From: Phoronis australis
Lineage: Eukaryota; Animalia; Phoronida
Length of the DNA stretch: 64,000 nucleotides
Direction: 5' to 3'
Assembly: GCA_002633005.1 (NCBI GenBank)
Contig: NMRA01000392.1
Span: 76,188-140,187, forward strand
Part shown: piece by piece, positions 1 to 14,733 of the stretch
How the letters are laid out: each line of letters starts with the position of its first letter
How positions within the stretch are numbered: the first letter of the stretch is position 1
The notes under the pieces: model-generated
Databases searched by the model: none
Seen by the model: the letters and a program-made list of their open reading frames with translations, nothing else
What the model was told of the DNA's origin: nothing
Made by a program: the position numbers and the translations under genes

Positions 1-3000
1 ATGAGGAGGATAAAATATCACCATGTCTACCATACTGTGTTCGAAGCTGAATAATTTTGACATAGATATTTTCTTTCTAGACATGAAGATATTATCACGA
101 TAGCATTTGAGGACTGTTGCTCAAAGCTTTATACATACAACTTAGTACCTGATTCTCAACGACTTCACCTGTCATAAAAATGACCTCTTTACTGGCACTT
201 GCATCACATTTGAATGTCCAATGACTGGTTTAAATGACATTGTGACATGTTTTTTGAATTTTTAGTTGTGAACACTGGTTGAACTTGTAATCAGATTTTG
301 AGTTTAGTTTTTAAATATAAAAAGTTGAACAAATGTTGTTTGTCTGTAATGTTGCATGGATTACTGTGGAAGTACATTGGAACATTCATTGGCATTGCTC
401 TAGACTTACTGCAGTGGAACTTCCGAGGTTTTTAAAATTCCTTCGCAATAATCATAAACCATCAAATGACCAAATCGTTTGGCGGAAAGGTCAAAATGAT
501 TCAAGCACAAAAGTCAGTTCACAAAAATATGGGTGGAACAAATTACTGTGCAATTTCTCTTCCCCAGTTAGGCTAGCCTTATACCCCCAAAATTTGTAAT
601 TGAAAGCAAAAGTTGCTTTTAAGTTTTTAAAACCCGGGAGTCTTGTATGTCAGGATGTTCACTATCATATTGCATAATTTGACAACTTTGCTATACCAAC
701 ATAGCTGGGTAGAGTTTCTTAGATGCAAGAATCTCAATATTTAAGGAAGCTTTGTGATCATGTGCATCTCACTGAGTGCTTGCTTTTCTTGCAAGAAATT
801 AGGTCAGTGTAAGACATTGACCCATTGACCGCTCATGACTGTTCTGCCTTATTAAACCTTGGTAATTTTCATAATTGCTATGAAACTGAGTTCGCCACGT
901 AAAATTATTTCCTCTCCACACACTGTGAGCTTGTCTCGTCTTCCAAAAATTGTGACTAGAAAGCCAAAGTCACTGTTACATTTTCACTACTGGATAACAG
1001 ACTTCTATGGTAGGATATTTGCTATTGCATTACATAATGGCCATTTGACAACTTTGCTATATTGACTAACTGTTGACTGGTAGGACACTGACCAGGTTAT
1101 GATTGTCCTATGCTATCATATCACCAAACAGTGTAAACATTGAACTATTATGAAATTGATTGTTCATCAAGTACCACAGACTTGCAGTCACCACAACCAA
1201 CCAGGAATAGTTTACCTAGAGCATCTTCAACTTTTCAAAGCAGTCAGACCATTTAGGAGACGAAGAATGAATGCATGACTTTAAATTAAATGAAATATGT
1301 GTTCTAGCAAATTGTCCTTTTCATCTAGCCTCATATTAGCATATGCGAACTGCAAATGCACGAAAAGAACAGCACGAGAGAGAAATCCTATGCTAACATC
1401 TGGGGTTTGGTTACCCTGACGCCTATTAGCGAGCCACTGAATAACATGTCAAAATCTGTACACAAAGTAATGCTCATTGCTTGGCCATGAAATTGAAGAA
1501 AATCTATTGGTTAATTTCTCTTCAAATGCTTCATTTTAAAAGTTAAAATACGACTAATAAAAATACTTTTCAATTTCAAAAACAGCCATGTTAGTCTTTT
1601 ACCTTACTTATTGTTCAGTTTTTGACTTTTGAAACTCAAAAGCTTAACAGGCATGTTGGTTTACAATGGTAATTGACCTACTGCAAGCCCCACGTGACAA
1701 ACGAAGGACATGTCGGAGGCAAATACACTGTCGCTGAATGACATTCCTGATGGAATCGATAAGTGTTTTTGGACTATCCTAAAACGCTTCGACAAGGACA
1801 AAAGGTGATGCTTTTCAGCAGAGAATCATAGATTCATGATGAGAGAATATGTAAATGCGACAACGAAAAATTAAGTAATCGAGGAAAGTATTACGGAGCC
1901 AGTGAAAACCTGAAGAACCCCATACGGTTCACTTTTAACTGACAAATGACAAGGTCACTGATACAATATGATTATGTAAAACTGGGTAATTGTACCTTAA
2001 AGTTGTAATTATCTGTACGATGCCATGATTTCAGGATATTTTGAACAAAATCAATGAAGATTCACTGACATTTTTGTTCTGCCGTCTGCTAAATTCTGTC
2101 AAATGAAAAGTAGGTCACAAGATGGGATTCCCCGAGTTAAGTAGGTTGAGTCGATAGCACTATTTATGCTTTTTTGATTGAACTAAATATTTTGATAAAA
2201 ACAATTAGGTTCAGGTAGACACTCAACTTGTACTAGTCAAGCAGTTACGGCTCTGGTAGGTCTAGGGCTGTGTCCAAGTCAAATTAATGCATGGATCTGG
2301 CCGTGATTGCACCATTTTATGAGACATTAGGCCTACCTTCTGATGAACATCACATTTTCTGTATTTTCATTGTATAAAGGAAGCTTTCATTTAATTTTAA
2401 ATGTAGCATGATCACTAAGCAGAGGTGTGGTTGCAAAATATGACAAGTCTGCTGTAGAAGCAAAATGGCTATTTTAAGTTCTCAAACTCTTTTTACAGCT
2501 TCATAAAGCCAAGTAACATGATTGAACAACAACAAAATGAGCTTTTAACTCTACAGGCAAAGTGAGAGCTATAGGTTCTCAACAAAAAGTAATTTTGAAT
2601 TACTTTTTGTTAAAACTGTTTACTTTTTCGTGACAACAGCTCGAACAAGGCTTTGAGTTCAGTAATCCAGTGCCCCTCCTGTGCCGATCGAAGTTTCGAT
2701 GAACGCCAGCCTATGGGTATATGAATAGCAAAAAAATGTTCCTCACTTTCGCTATGGAACAAATTGATGTCCATTCGGATGGAATAAATGAAAATTTTAA
2801 TGAAAATGTCCTTCAAAACAGCAATTTCCGGGGACTGCTAATTATGTAGGTGTAGAGACAAAGGCGGCCACTGACTTGGAGTGAAACTCCGGGGTCAAAA
2901 TCAGATAGGCCTAAACTAAAAGCCACCAAACTGAAAAGTACGTATTGTGGAACTAATACATTAATTTCGTGTTTAGCCTTCGAGTAATCAAGCAACATTA

Positions 3001-3191
3001 CCAAGTTCAGAGCTGCTCATGTGGCTCAGTCCACATAGTTTGATCCATAGTTCGATATTACTTTTAAATTAGGCAATGCCCAAAAGGTGACGGGACATTT
3101 CTGAGCTGCATATATGGCAGTCGGCATTTAACACACACCATAGCAACACTGTTTTACTATTTTTACCGCACAATTTCTTGAGTTTTGGACT

Positions 3192-4082
3192 AAAATAAGC
3201 TTTATCTGACAACGTGTTGTTTGATGGGTAAAATGGCGGCTTGGAAACGCAGCCGAAGGTGTGTCAAGAATGCTGCGTTCTGATTGGTCAGTAATGTCAA
3301 CAGTCAAAATCCTGAAGATAGGTCAATCATCTCATCCAGCATGTTCTGCCAAGCCCATAAGCAAGAAGTTCCCTTCAATCCGTGACAGTGTCATCAAGAC
3401 TCTTTGATGTTCTGAGGACTTCGTTGAATACTCTGGGGTAAACGGTGCACGCTTTCTCGTCTACTTGCGTGCAAATGTTGGTTGCCTTATTATGGTGATT
3501 GCAAAACAGTGATGATTTTTATCAACTGTGAAAATTCTTCTGTTTATTAGTCACGTCTGACTGAAGTAACAGAAGAGGTAGAAAGACAAGGAAAATATGG
3601 GTGTAAGCTAACTGAAGGAGACTTACTTATAGGAAGATGACACAACTGAATTTGGTTGCTAAAATATGTTTTGAGCATCACTCTGAGCACTCACGAATAC
3701 CATAAATTGATAAATGTATTGAACCTGTTTATTGACTGATGTGTCGTCCACATTACGAGAAACCTTAGGAACATTACTCCTGGAACGAGTTGTCACTAGG
3801 TTAAGTAGTAGTGTGATCACTACTTGCATTGGGGCAACTTGACACATGTGTGGCATTGCTTACCCCACCTTATTGAGGAAGAATAATACCAATGTTCAGG
3901 GTAACTTGCTACAGAGGAAGTACAACTTGCAAGTGTTGAGAAGGCGGAGGCAACTGACCTATCGCCAGGATTTTGAGTGACGGCTTAACTGACCATTTAG
4001 AACGCAGTATTATTGACACACCTTCATTTCCAAGAAGCCATTTTATTCGACAAACAACACGTTGCCGGGTAAAACTTATTGT
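3192..4082. repeat. Diverged ~140 bp inverted repeat arms (3192-3330 and 3952-4082)
   Basis: AATAAGCTTTATCTGACAACGTGTTGTTTG...AAAATCCTGAAGATAGGTCA mirrored by TGACCTATCGCCAGGATTTT...CAAACAACACGTTGCCGGGTAAAACTTATT. Confidence 0.7.
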
Positions 4083-6639
4083 TGATCGACATTACGCAAG
4101 GGGGCAGAGCTTGCGATAGGTCAATTATCAGCTGTGAGCTTTTTCAGTAAATACACACAGTGGTTTACACAGCAACTGCCTCACTTGCCTTTTAGACATG
4201 TTCTTTAGGCTGGTCAGTGTTACTCAAATAGAAAGGCCATCAGTCATTTCAGAAATAACAAATTAACTGTGCAAAAAGCGTGTTCTTAATGTATTTGTGA
4301 ACATTCCGTGGACACCGCAGCAACACTGGTGGGACGTAGACATGTCAGCAAACCTTTGAATCGAAAACAGTTTTGACGAATCTTAATATTAGTTGCTTTT
4401 GGTGAATTTCTCGCTGTGACATCCACCGATAGAATTTAAACTCATCTAACTGCCTTATAAAGAGTATTTAAGTAAGCTCTAACTTTGGCAGCATTTTGGA
4501 CAGACAGTGTAGAACACTTGATTTATGAAATAATCCCTTGAAGGACAGACGGAGTGTTCCAGATACAGACTTTGACCCTGCATTAGCCAAATCTAACAGG
4601 ATTTGCATGCAAGTGGATGAGAAGGCGTACACTGTTTACCCCAGAGTATCCAGCAAATTCCTTGGCACATCAAAGGAGCACTGTCATAGATTGAAGTGAG
4701 CCAGTCCCTATTTGTGAGCTTGCTGAATGTGTATTGCGGTGCAAACCAATGTGTCATACTTCAGCCTACAAGTCTCAAAGTAAAAAAACAAACACTAAGT
4801 AAGGCAACCAACATGACTGGTTATAAAATTGAAAAGTAAAGAGTAGTCAATTCTTTGAATTTATAAAATTGATGCATTGCAAGAGAAATTAGCGAACAGG
4901 TTTTCTCAGCATCACGGCTATTCAGTAGTAGCCACGAGAATTAATTTCTGAATTGGTCAGTCTGGCTTAAACTCGCTTAGGTGTTGGGGTAACACAGCAC
5001 CAAATGTTAGTGTAGGAGTAGTCTCGTGAGATGCATAATGACGGACGATCCTCAGAGATCCAGATCTGGATCGTAATGACAATGCGGCTCACTCATCAAA
5101 ACGCAAATACTAATGCCGCAATGAATGGTGAACCTTTTATTAATACTTGATTTTCATAGACAACATTGCTGGTTTTCAACAAGAAGTATGAGTTTGTGAC
5201 AATTCTGAATATATTCATGAAAAGAATCCTATATTAACACCTCACGGTTTAAGATTGGGCAACTCACAGGACCGGTTAGCGTACCACAGATTCTGCCGGT
5301 TTATATCAAAGACACCATGGTGTTGTGGCTAATTAAATCGCCTGAGGCAGGTGATGTTATCGTTCTTTAGATAATGTGACTCATCATCAACACTTTGGGG
5401 GCGACAATAGATTTTCAAATTTTTGTTTTGAAAGTATATTAATAGCCTAATGAATAGTTCGTGAAAAGCACACGATTAGGTTTTTGAATTATGAAAATTG
5501 GACAAGAAATACAAACCTAAAATTTTTGTTTAATGTTGCTGGGAGTACAGCATAATTGGGTCAATTACCAAACCCCACGCACCAGTTGGATTTTGAGGTA
5601 AGCCAAGTGTCATGGTACAACTCTTGACATGTTGGCAATGGCATATTTACAACCTTTCAACAATCTTAGGTAGTCCACAAACTTTCAGAACTATTTCTTT
5701 AACTGCAGGTCTTACTCTCCCATCTACTTACAAGGTTTGTTTACCTAATTACCTATTCAAGATGGGGGATGCAAGAATTCCAGTAGGGCAGTTTTACCAT
5801 TGGATGTACCAATTTCAGAATCTGCAATTAATAGACAGACATTGGGAGGGCATTGACCATAGGAAGGCTGTGCAAGACATGAGACTGAGCGAAAACAGAT
5901 TGGACTGTCAAGTCCATGTATGATAAAATGTAACTGTTAACCAAGACAATTAGACAATTTAATTTATTCTTCATGGGAAAACAGGACATTGCAGCTGAAA
6001 AGTTTACCTTGATAGCTACCATTCGACAATGATTCTCTGAGAAATTGCTTGCTTTCACGTAAGCATGACAATTACTTTTGTCTGAAAATTTACTGTATGT
6101 CAAGTACCCAAGCTGTAAGACTGCCCGTTTGTGATAAGGTGGCATTTGGTTTGATAAAGTGATGGTTAAATGATAAAAGACAATCACGCAATCATTCAAT
6201 GGGAAGTAATTAATCATTCAGACATGCTTTGAATGAAATTTCCCCATCTACCAAATGGCACACTTGGGTGTTGAGAAAAAATTTCCATGAAGTCTCAACA
6301 TTAGGAACATCATTTTCATAAAAGCCTTAATGTACCAATCAACATTTAATATCAAGTTTCAATGTATAACTACACTCATTCATAGCAATTCACATAAGAC
6401 AACACTTCATACACAGTAATTTAATTACTGCACATACTAACTTACTAGGCAAATGCTCTCTTCACAGTTCTAAGCACACAATATGTGGTGGGCAAGAGCT
6501 TTAAGTTTGAACAATTTCTTAGCAAAAAATGAAATATTATATATAATAAAAAATAATTGCAGGCGGTCTGATACACGTTGTACCAGACATGCACAGGCCT
6601 CGCATGTGGGCCCATTGCACTGATCACCTGGAAATGTTT

Positions 6640-6783
6640 TTATGCTTTATTAATATATGGTTAAAACCGAGCTGAGGAGCTAGAAACCTGGCTCAAGGGT
6701 TTAGCAGTGTGACCTGGTGGGACTTGAACCCAAGACCTCGAGTTAAGAAAGCGGGCACTTATCAACCAGGCCACACTACCTCC
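6640..6783 (-). mobile_element. tRNA-derived SINE
   Basis: Minus strand GGAGGTAGTGTGGCCTGGTTGATAAG (A box) ... GGGTTCAAGTCCC (B box), followed by non-tRNA body CCCTTGAGCCAGG; no proper acceptor stem. 3' boundary uncertain. Confidence 0.65.
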
Positions 6784-8333
6784 TCTAAATGAAATATTAA
6801 ACTGGTTTCATTATATTTTGTCCAGTGTAGCCATCACAAAACAAAACCAGGAATTTTTAAAAGATTTTACAATCAGCCGTGAAAAATGGAAAAATTGGAT
6901 TTGTTTGTTTGTAAATTTGAGGATTGTGCATTAGCAGACGAATTTCTGTACTGATATAAACATTTTCCAGTTTGAGAAATACTGAAAATTTGGAATAGTC
7001 AATTTTTTTAATTCTGAAGATTGGGGCTGATGGCCAACTTTTTAATTCATCATATTTCTAAAATATCGGACACTGCCTTTTGTTTCAATGAAGTCCGAGA
7101 CAAAGTCATTGAAAATAACTTGGTGATGTAAAAGAATTTGGAATGGGTAATTTTTCCAACTTCCTTGTAATTCTTGAATTCATAAAATTTGGTACAAGCT
7201 ATGACATGGAGCAAATAATTAATTTTTCACTGTCCCAAAGTGGAGAATATTTACAATTAACATAAAAATTCACCAAGAGCTAACAAAGACTTAAGCATTG
7301 TGAGAGTACAATTGGTGGTCAAGATGGTTCACAAAGACCAAATGCAATTTCTTCCATGTCTCAACAAAATAGTGGTGCTGGACTTGCCTAATGTATGCAC
7401 TAATTACTTGAATATCCCACCTTCAACAACGGTGATCTAACACCATGGCGATAACAAAGAGTAAGAAAAACACTGCGGAATTTAACTGCTTTAAAATCTG
7501 TGTCCAAGATACAAGTAAACTGTAGGTCAGGCATTGCGTGTAACAACACATAATACGTGACATCTATATTGGAAAATAGCCGTAATTCATACATTCATAG
7601 CTGCAGTAGTTCATACTATGTTAAGCACCACCGGTGGTACATGCTGAACAGTAATTTATACTGCGATGATTGTTATCAAGCAATGAACAGAATTTTAGTA
7701 CCTACTACACAAGAAAAACATTTGAAAGCGCCATTAACTAAACCTAAGCATCAAAATCACATTAATCCTTGATATTGGTATTAATGAAAAGTCAAATCAA
7801 GCTTTTCACATAGTTAGCATGTCCACATTACACTCCTTAGACTGCCATGTCTGAGACAGCCACACATTACGGACCGACCGTAGTCCCAGCTGACAAAGAG
7901 TAATCAATAACAGGGATATTGAAGTGACTCCTCCGCAAATGTTAATTATCCAAAGAATCTTAATTCTTTCACTGCAAAGTTTTTTAGAACTGCTTTTCCC
8001 TGTGCCAATTACATTTAGGAGACAGGGAGGAATTACTGGAAATGTAGTAAAATTGTTTTTTGTTAGAAGTATGACACTTGCACCCAGGTAAAGATATTTT
8101 AGAATTATAACCTCATATGTTGGGGCAGGAATTCATTGGAAAGTGTATACAAGACTTCAGGTGAAAAAATGGGATGTCTATGGCCAGGATTTTCTGCTAA
8201 ATTTTGTAGTTATTATCTAACATTGAAGTAATAGAGGAATCTTGCCCCCAAATGTCGAAGAATAACGTTGCTAAAAACAAATACAAACATCCTGTATCTG
8301 TTTACCATGTATAATATAACTGTTTCAGATATA

Positions 8334-10665
8334 CCGTAAACGTTTGGGTTAACGCCCACGCTCAGATAACCACCCACCCCTACTTTAGGTGGATTTTCGA
8401 TTTAACCACCCACTGTTTGGTTAACCGCCCCTCTGCGATTTTTGAAGATTTCCGGTTAAGCGCCCTCCTCTCCGTTAAGCGCCCATCCCCGACTTTTTAA
8501 GATTGAAGATTTAGCGCCCAGTGTAAGGAAACGCGCATTCCCGACTTTTAGATACAGATGATGATCACAATGAGCGCAACAACGCTGTGCCTCGGGACGA
8601 CGGTTTGGCAATGTGAATTACAATACAAGTAACAAATTCTTGTCCTGGGTCATGGACTTACTTCAAAATATAATACTTGAACTTTTTTGTCATTTTATTT
8701 TCTTCCCAATTGTTTGCAAAGTTTAAGAACCCCGCCGTCGTCAATGCCTCTGCTTTCAGCGACACTGTCTGCCGCGCACTAGATAAAACATGTATTCGAA
8801 ATAATCCGGCCAGAGAAATGTGACAATCATGGTCTTGCCAACATTCCAAATTCTCTATAGGCAGGAATCTCTCGTATTTTGAAGAATTAATTCCCATAAC
8901 TCACGGAAAGATGTCAAATTCTCCCTACTTTGATGAATGTTATTGCCAGGTTATCGACGATATGTGCCGACCAAAGGGACAGTATGCCTCACTGGGTAAC
9001 CGATTTGCTGCCTCTCGATCTCTGAGTTCAAAGGTAGGCAATACGTTACTGTATGTTAGTGTATCATCTTGAAGTAATAAAAAACGTATAGTCAAATTTT
9101 GTTTTTAGCTCATTGCAACTCAGTCAAAAGCAGATTTAACTTAAATGTCGCTGGCTGTTCTTTACTACGATTTCTTGCCCTGCCTCAACCCTGCCTCAGA
9201 CTGTGTGAATTATCGTTTCCATATTCCCTTTTTAGCCATCCAGAATAATTTTGTTTCTACATTGGCCAGTTTCAGCCTGAACAACATTCTTACCATTCGA
9301 GCCTGAAATATCTACGGCAATAGTTTGAGTAGAAGGTGCACGCAGCTAGCTATGAGCATGGCACACTCGGGCCTAGGGTCACATCGAGCCGGAAAATATC
9401 GAAGTAGACTTGACATCGCAGTTTTGGGGGACATTGGAACGTTGGAATATCGTAAAGCACTGGGTCTTTCCTAACAACAGCTTAAAAGTACAGCGTCAAT
9501 GTCTGTTTCTTTTACTTATGAGTGTCTCTGTTCTCTTTTGATGTGTCACTTTGTAGTGGTGCACGCGCGTAAGTTCCCACACTGAGTGCCTGTTTCTGTG
9601 ACACCAACTAGTGATTGACAGGTTACTCATACGTAGGCCCTACGTGCGTGCTGAATCCCGCTGCTATCTTTGACCATTAAAAACGAGACGCATATTGAAA
9701 GAAGCCGTTACATTATTTGACGGCCTTTCCAAGTCAAGATTGCCTGCCGGGACACATGCGTGCAAGCAGCGGGACCGATCAGTGCCACAGTGCGATAGTA
9801 TAGGTGATATTATAATAGGATATAATCTGGACATCTTGCATGTAAAATAAATGTGTTATCCACCACAAAGTTGGGTAAGGTGGTCGTTTAAGAGTGAATT
9901 GAAACATCGCTGTTTTGTGACGTTTTGTCACATATTTATGCCATGGTTCGAAATTGATTGATGTCCGCTTACCCCCCCTCGATTCTTGTCTTACTTCTTT
10001 GCCGAGCATGTTTCACGCAACGGGAAGTGAAAATGTTATCGACTATAAACATCCCAAACACAAAAACACCTGAATTAGTTTTTCAAAGTTTATTACACCT
10101 AATTTTAAAACTCACTCTGACTCCGAACTTGACACTTGACAGCTAGCATGGGACTGTAACCTTGATGTCAGCTGTGACCTCTGCAACACGTGAAGCTTGC
10201 ACGCACGCACTTTTGCAGTGTCATCGCTTGCAATACAAGTGGAGCACAGCTTGATCACTGGTAGTCTGCGCACTACAGTTCTAACAAACTAACATTAGAC
10301 CGCAGGATGGCACAGGTCTATTACTCAGCAATTTTGTAAATTTAATTGTGAATGACTAACCTGAGGGCAATAGAACCTTTGTTGGAATCATCCGCTGTTA
10401 ATGAAGTTTTTACTGTCATTTGGCGACGTGACGATAAAGCTGTTTGAAAAGTGCTACGCATTCCGAGTACGTGTGTGGTGTGGGGACTTGGATCACAAGG
10501 TAAGATTAACCGCCCAGGGCGGTTGTCTGTCGTAATAAGCGACCATGTTCGGTTAACCGTCCATCCTGGATTTCTTGAAATTTCACATTTAAGCGCCCAT
10601 GTTTGGTTAACCGCCCACCCCTGGTTTTTTGGGTTTGCCCAGGGCGTTAACCCGAATGTTTACGG
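8334..10665. mobile_element. Non-autonomous Tc2-like TIR element, ~2.3 kb (different family)
   Basis: TA|CCGTAAACGTTTGGGTTAACGCCC ... GGGCGTTAACCCGAATGTTTACGG|CA, with many subterminal TTAACCGCCC/TAAGCGCCC repeats at both ends. CpG-rich interior with no recognisable ORF. Confidence 0.8.
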
Positions 10666-11383
10666 CACTTAGATTGTTCAGTGTTTCCCTGGGTTTTGAA
10701 CGGAACGTGGTTATGAATGGTCCCAGTAGGATGCAAAGCCTATGGGTAATGGAATCCTACCCTTTGCCTGGGCTTCGAAAGGTCCAGTATGGTGGTGATT
10801 CCCTTCAAGTGAATAAAAAGATTCTACTCACTTCAAACTCACACATGCGGTGATTAATGCAACAGCACAAAATGTTATGTTTTGGCTACTTGCAGCAGAA
10901 CCTAATATGTGGGCTAGCGAAAGGGGTGGGGGTGCTGTTGATGCTGACTGAGGGCAGCCTTTTTCCTTCAACCAAAGAATCCTTTCCCAACGGGCACAGG
11001 CGTTTTTCCCCAATTTATGTTGCAATAGAAAGCAGACATGCCAAGACAGGGCTTCAGACTAAAAACTCAATTCTCTGGCTCTAGGCGCGCACATACAATG
11101 AAAAAATGAACCTGTTTAAATGTGATTAACTAACTTGTATCATGAAACTTACTTTTAACATTGTTTATTATATATGTACTTGCTCAAGGTAAATCAGTTG
11201 GATCAGTGTTAGCTGGTAGAGCAGACTATTTATTCATCTAGACATTTAGACTTTGTCTATGGTTAATTAAACTAGTGACTATTTCGTGCAATAAAATTCA
11301 AATTGTTAAGTAAACGTGAACACGATTAACAAAAAAATTACCATTTCTCCACCCAATTCATCAGTGCACTGATGCTTCGCCAT

Positions 11384-12217
11384 TTTAGAAAACTTTATGT
11401 CAATGCCAGTGGTCCCCAACTGCATTCAATTGCTGTGTATTGTCGGATAACCAGACAAGAGTGTCGGTCGCAGGTCACTTACATCAAACCAAGAAGGAAG
11501 GGGATGATTATGTTTAACAAGTATTGAAGTTCAGACATCAGCCATGCAAGTTGCGTATTGCATGCTCAATTTTACTAACGATTTTTGAGTAGCAGTGAAG
11601 GATTCTGGGGTGTGTGGCACTCAATTTAGGCAAAATTACGAGTGGCGCCGCCGAAAATACCTGTAATACCTGTCACGGACAGGATCACAGGGAATATGCT
11701 GGTGCATTATTCTCCTCCCCAGACCATCCCCGTGACAGCAGAAGGCGCAGAACTCCAGGGCTGACGTTGCCTGTAAGCATTTGACTTGACAGCACTCGGG
11801 CACGGCTTTTCTTGTGACTCTTCGCAGCATGGCCATAAATAATACCGGCTGCGAGCAGTCGGCTGCCATCATTGAACTCAGCCAGTTGGGATGCAGTCTG
11901 NTTTAGAAAACTTTATGTCAATGCCAGTGGTCCCCAACTGCATTCAATTGCTGTGTATTGTCAGATTACCAAACAAGAGTGTCGGTCAGGTCACTTACAT
12001 CAAACCGAAGAAGGAAGGGGATGATTATGTTTAACAAGTATTGAAGTTCAGGATTTTAAATTATTGTTTTTCCTGTTCAATCCACAATCATCAACATCAG
12101 CCATGCAAGTTGTGTATTGCATGCTCACTTTTACTAACGATTTTTGAATAGCAGTGAAGGATTCTGGGGTGTGTGGCACTCAATTTGGACAAAATTACGA
12201 GTGGCGCCGCCGAAAAT
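11384..12217. other. Direct duplication around an N: probable contig or haplotype join
   Basis: 11384-11658 is repeated at 11902-12217 with a few SNPs and a ~43 bp indel; single N at 11901. Confidence 0.8.
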
Positions 12218-13272
12218 AAGCATGGCGGGCTGCCCAGACTTTTACACGCAGGACAAATACTGCTTTATAACCCCAAAAATGAAAGAGGCCTTGGAGCACT
12301 TTTTCAAAAAAGGTTTCGAAGTCATTTTTTGATGTTCGAAAGGTTGTAAAGTTTTGATCAACATTCAAAACATTATGAAGATAGTTACAGAAAAGTAAGT
12401 GAAAATCTCATCCATTGAACTTATAATGCAAAACAGAAAACAAATTAGCTAATTTGTATTCTTTTGGAAAAACAACCCAGTGAATTAAAGAAACTAATGC
12501 TCAGGTAAGTGGTGTATATTTCAAAACATCAGGAAATGCACTGCTTCAAGCACAACTTGGTGGTAAAATCTGACTAGTACACAGATTCAAATATTCAAAA
12601 GTACAGTTTCGGACTTCATGAGTTGCAAAGCTTGCCATTTTGCAGACACGAGCTATTTTGGACGATGTGACAAAGTTTACAAGATACCTGGCACATATTC
12701 AAAACCATAGAACCTCAGTTGCATGACAATTTCCTGATGTCTCAGCTTAGCTAAACCAGGTCCCAAGACAGGACAGTTGTCATGATAACGACGAACTGTA
12801 TCAATTAAGAATGATATAACTCCTTTTAAAACAGGGTGTTATCAAGCCAGCAAATGTGGCCAAAATTGGGCAAAGTGCAAACATCAATACAGTAAAATCT
12901 CATCAATTTTGAACAAAAATTATTGTTAAAAATAGACATTTTTCAATTTTCAAAAGCTTTTCACACTACAGCAAATGCAACAGTTTCTTGAAACATTGTC
13001 TGGCAGTGACTATGATAAAGGCATTTAATTGGTACAACTCATCTTGTTTGAAAAAAATGAAAAACTTAAATTTCATGAGTCCCCCAGATGTAAGCATCCA
13101 ATACTGAGGGCCATCCGGTATTACACAGTGACACTCTAATCTCACCCTATTTACCCACATTTTGCCATAAACATCCATCAGGCACATTTGCTGCCTCGTT
13201 TTGCATGCCACTGACTAGTTTCACATGTTATTTGTTGTTTTTCTCGGTTGCATTACGCTATTCATTCTTCCA

Positions 13273-13560
13273 ATGCCAACTTATTGCTGTTGTATTGTAG
13301 GCTGCAACTCCGACGTGAAAAATTTTCACAAACAAGAAAAATACCCATGGATATTTGAATCTGAAATTCTTTGCCTTCCCGACATCAATGAGAGACAGGA
13401 CAATGTACCCGATTTCCAAAACTATCTCCAGCACAAAGGACAGTTCTATCGCTGGGACCGCCCTATTAACTGGCAAGATGTTCAGTTCTAGACTCTGAAA
13501 GTCGCAAAACAAACCCTACTGCAGGAAGCTTCAAACAATGGTACTACATGCGTATCAATG
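13273..13560 (+). pseudogene. Degraded THAP-domain relic
   Basis: MPTYCCCIVGCNS, then shifted-frame KFFAFP, then RWDRPINWQD. Confidence 0.5.
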
Positions 13561-13644
13561 TCACTTTGTTTCCTATTTCCGTTGGCATTATAATAATTAT
13601 TAAATGAAAACTCACGTGAAATTAGCCACGTGATCAATTAAGTC

Positions 13645-14125
13645 CAGGGCTCGATGTGGCAACCTATAGGTTGCTAATGCGACCTCAGATTTTGATTAGC
13701 ACAGATTGCCAAGGTCAGTCACCACGCACACATCAGAGCATGAACTCAAAATACTACCAGAACTAAACAGAGAGAAGCTAGAATTGTTTGACAAAAATTG
13801 GAAGAGCCCGTTCATGAGTTACCTGCTTCAGGTAAGCCAGTGTGCATGAGATAATGGGCCACGAAAGTGAAATTGAACATCAGCAAACAATAACAAGACA
13901 CTAAACATGAATTTTCCATTCAAGCAAAAAAGCAATCCAGAGAATACCAAGTGCACTGGCCGACATTTACTCAATTACGCATTTTTTCATTTCAGTTATA
14001 ACCTTGCTTATTTCATTTTTGGCTCGTCAATCAGGTTTGGCAACCTCAGTTACCGATTACATGACCTGGGAATTTTTCCAGATTAGATTTGGCGAGTTGA
14101 CGTTATGCTAAAGTGTCGAACCTTG
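13645..14125. mobile_element. hAT-like MITE with 5-bp TSD
   Basis: CAGGGCTCGA ... TCGAACCTTG termini flanked by AAGTC on both sides. Confidence 0.55.
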
Positions 14126-14733
14126 AAGTCACAAGAAGCCATAAAAAACAACCAAACAGCACAGCTGTAGAAGTAAGTTCCCATGCAATGTAAGCGCTGT
14201 GGATGTCATCCAGACTTGAGATCGAATTATACTTAACAGCTTCAGAGCAACCATCTGAATTATTTACCAGCATTGTATCCTGCAAAAGTCTATCTTACTT
14301 AACCCCTGCCATTCACATCAGTAGGAAAATTTATTTCTATAAAAACACCAGTCAAGAACAGTGCACATTTTTTTCACTTCCAAATAACAGAAAAGATCTA
14401 TTTTGACAAAACAGTGACAAAAATGTTGTCAAAATCTGTGCCTTATTGCACAATATACACAATGTTATGAACAGATCTGCACTAATTAATGCTGAGCTTT
14501 CTTCTGATGATCCCTATAAAGCAGATCTATTGATTCTACTTCTCCACTGAGTAATTAATATCTCATTAGACCATAGCCATCACTCTGGTGATAATGAGGG
14601 AAACTCTATACGCCTCTATGGAAGTAATCTGCTAAATACCAAGAGCCACTGGCTGACCACAAGAGATAACCTTGACCCAGCTTAAGTATGGAGTGAACAT
14701 CTACAGTTTCAATATCGCCATGGGTGTGAGTTA

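Noticed and set aside
333-8300. Short ORFs in the ORF track (also most other 60-130 aa ORFs in the window)
   Set aside because: Random-length ORFs in AT-rich intronic or repeat DNA, many with non-ATG starts and no domain signatures.
12966-13211. ACKTRQQMCL segment as the missing second zinc finger
   Set aside because: Lacks the CQACR..KC spacing, the GM motif and the basic KRRRK stretch.
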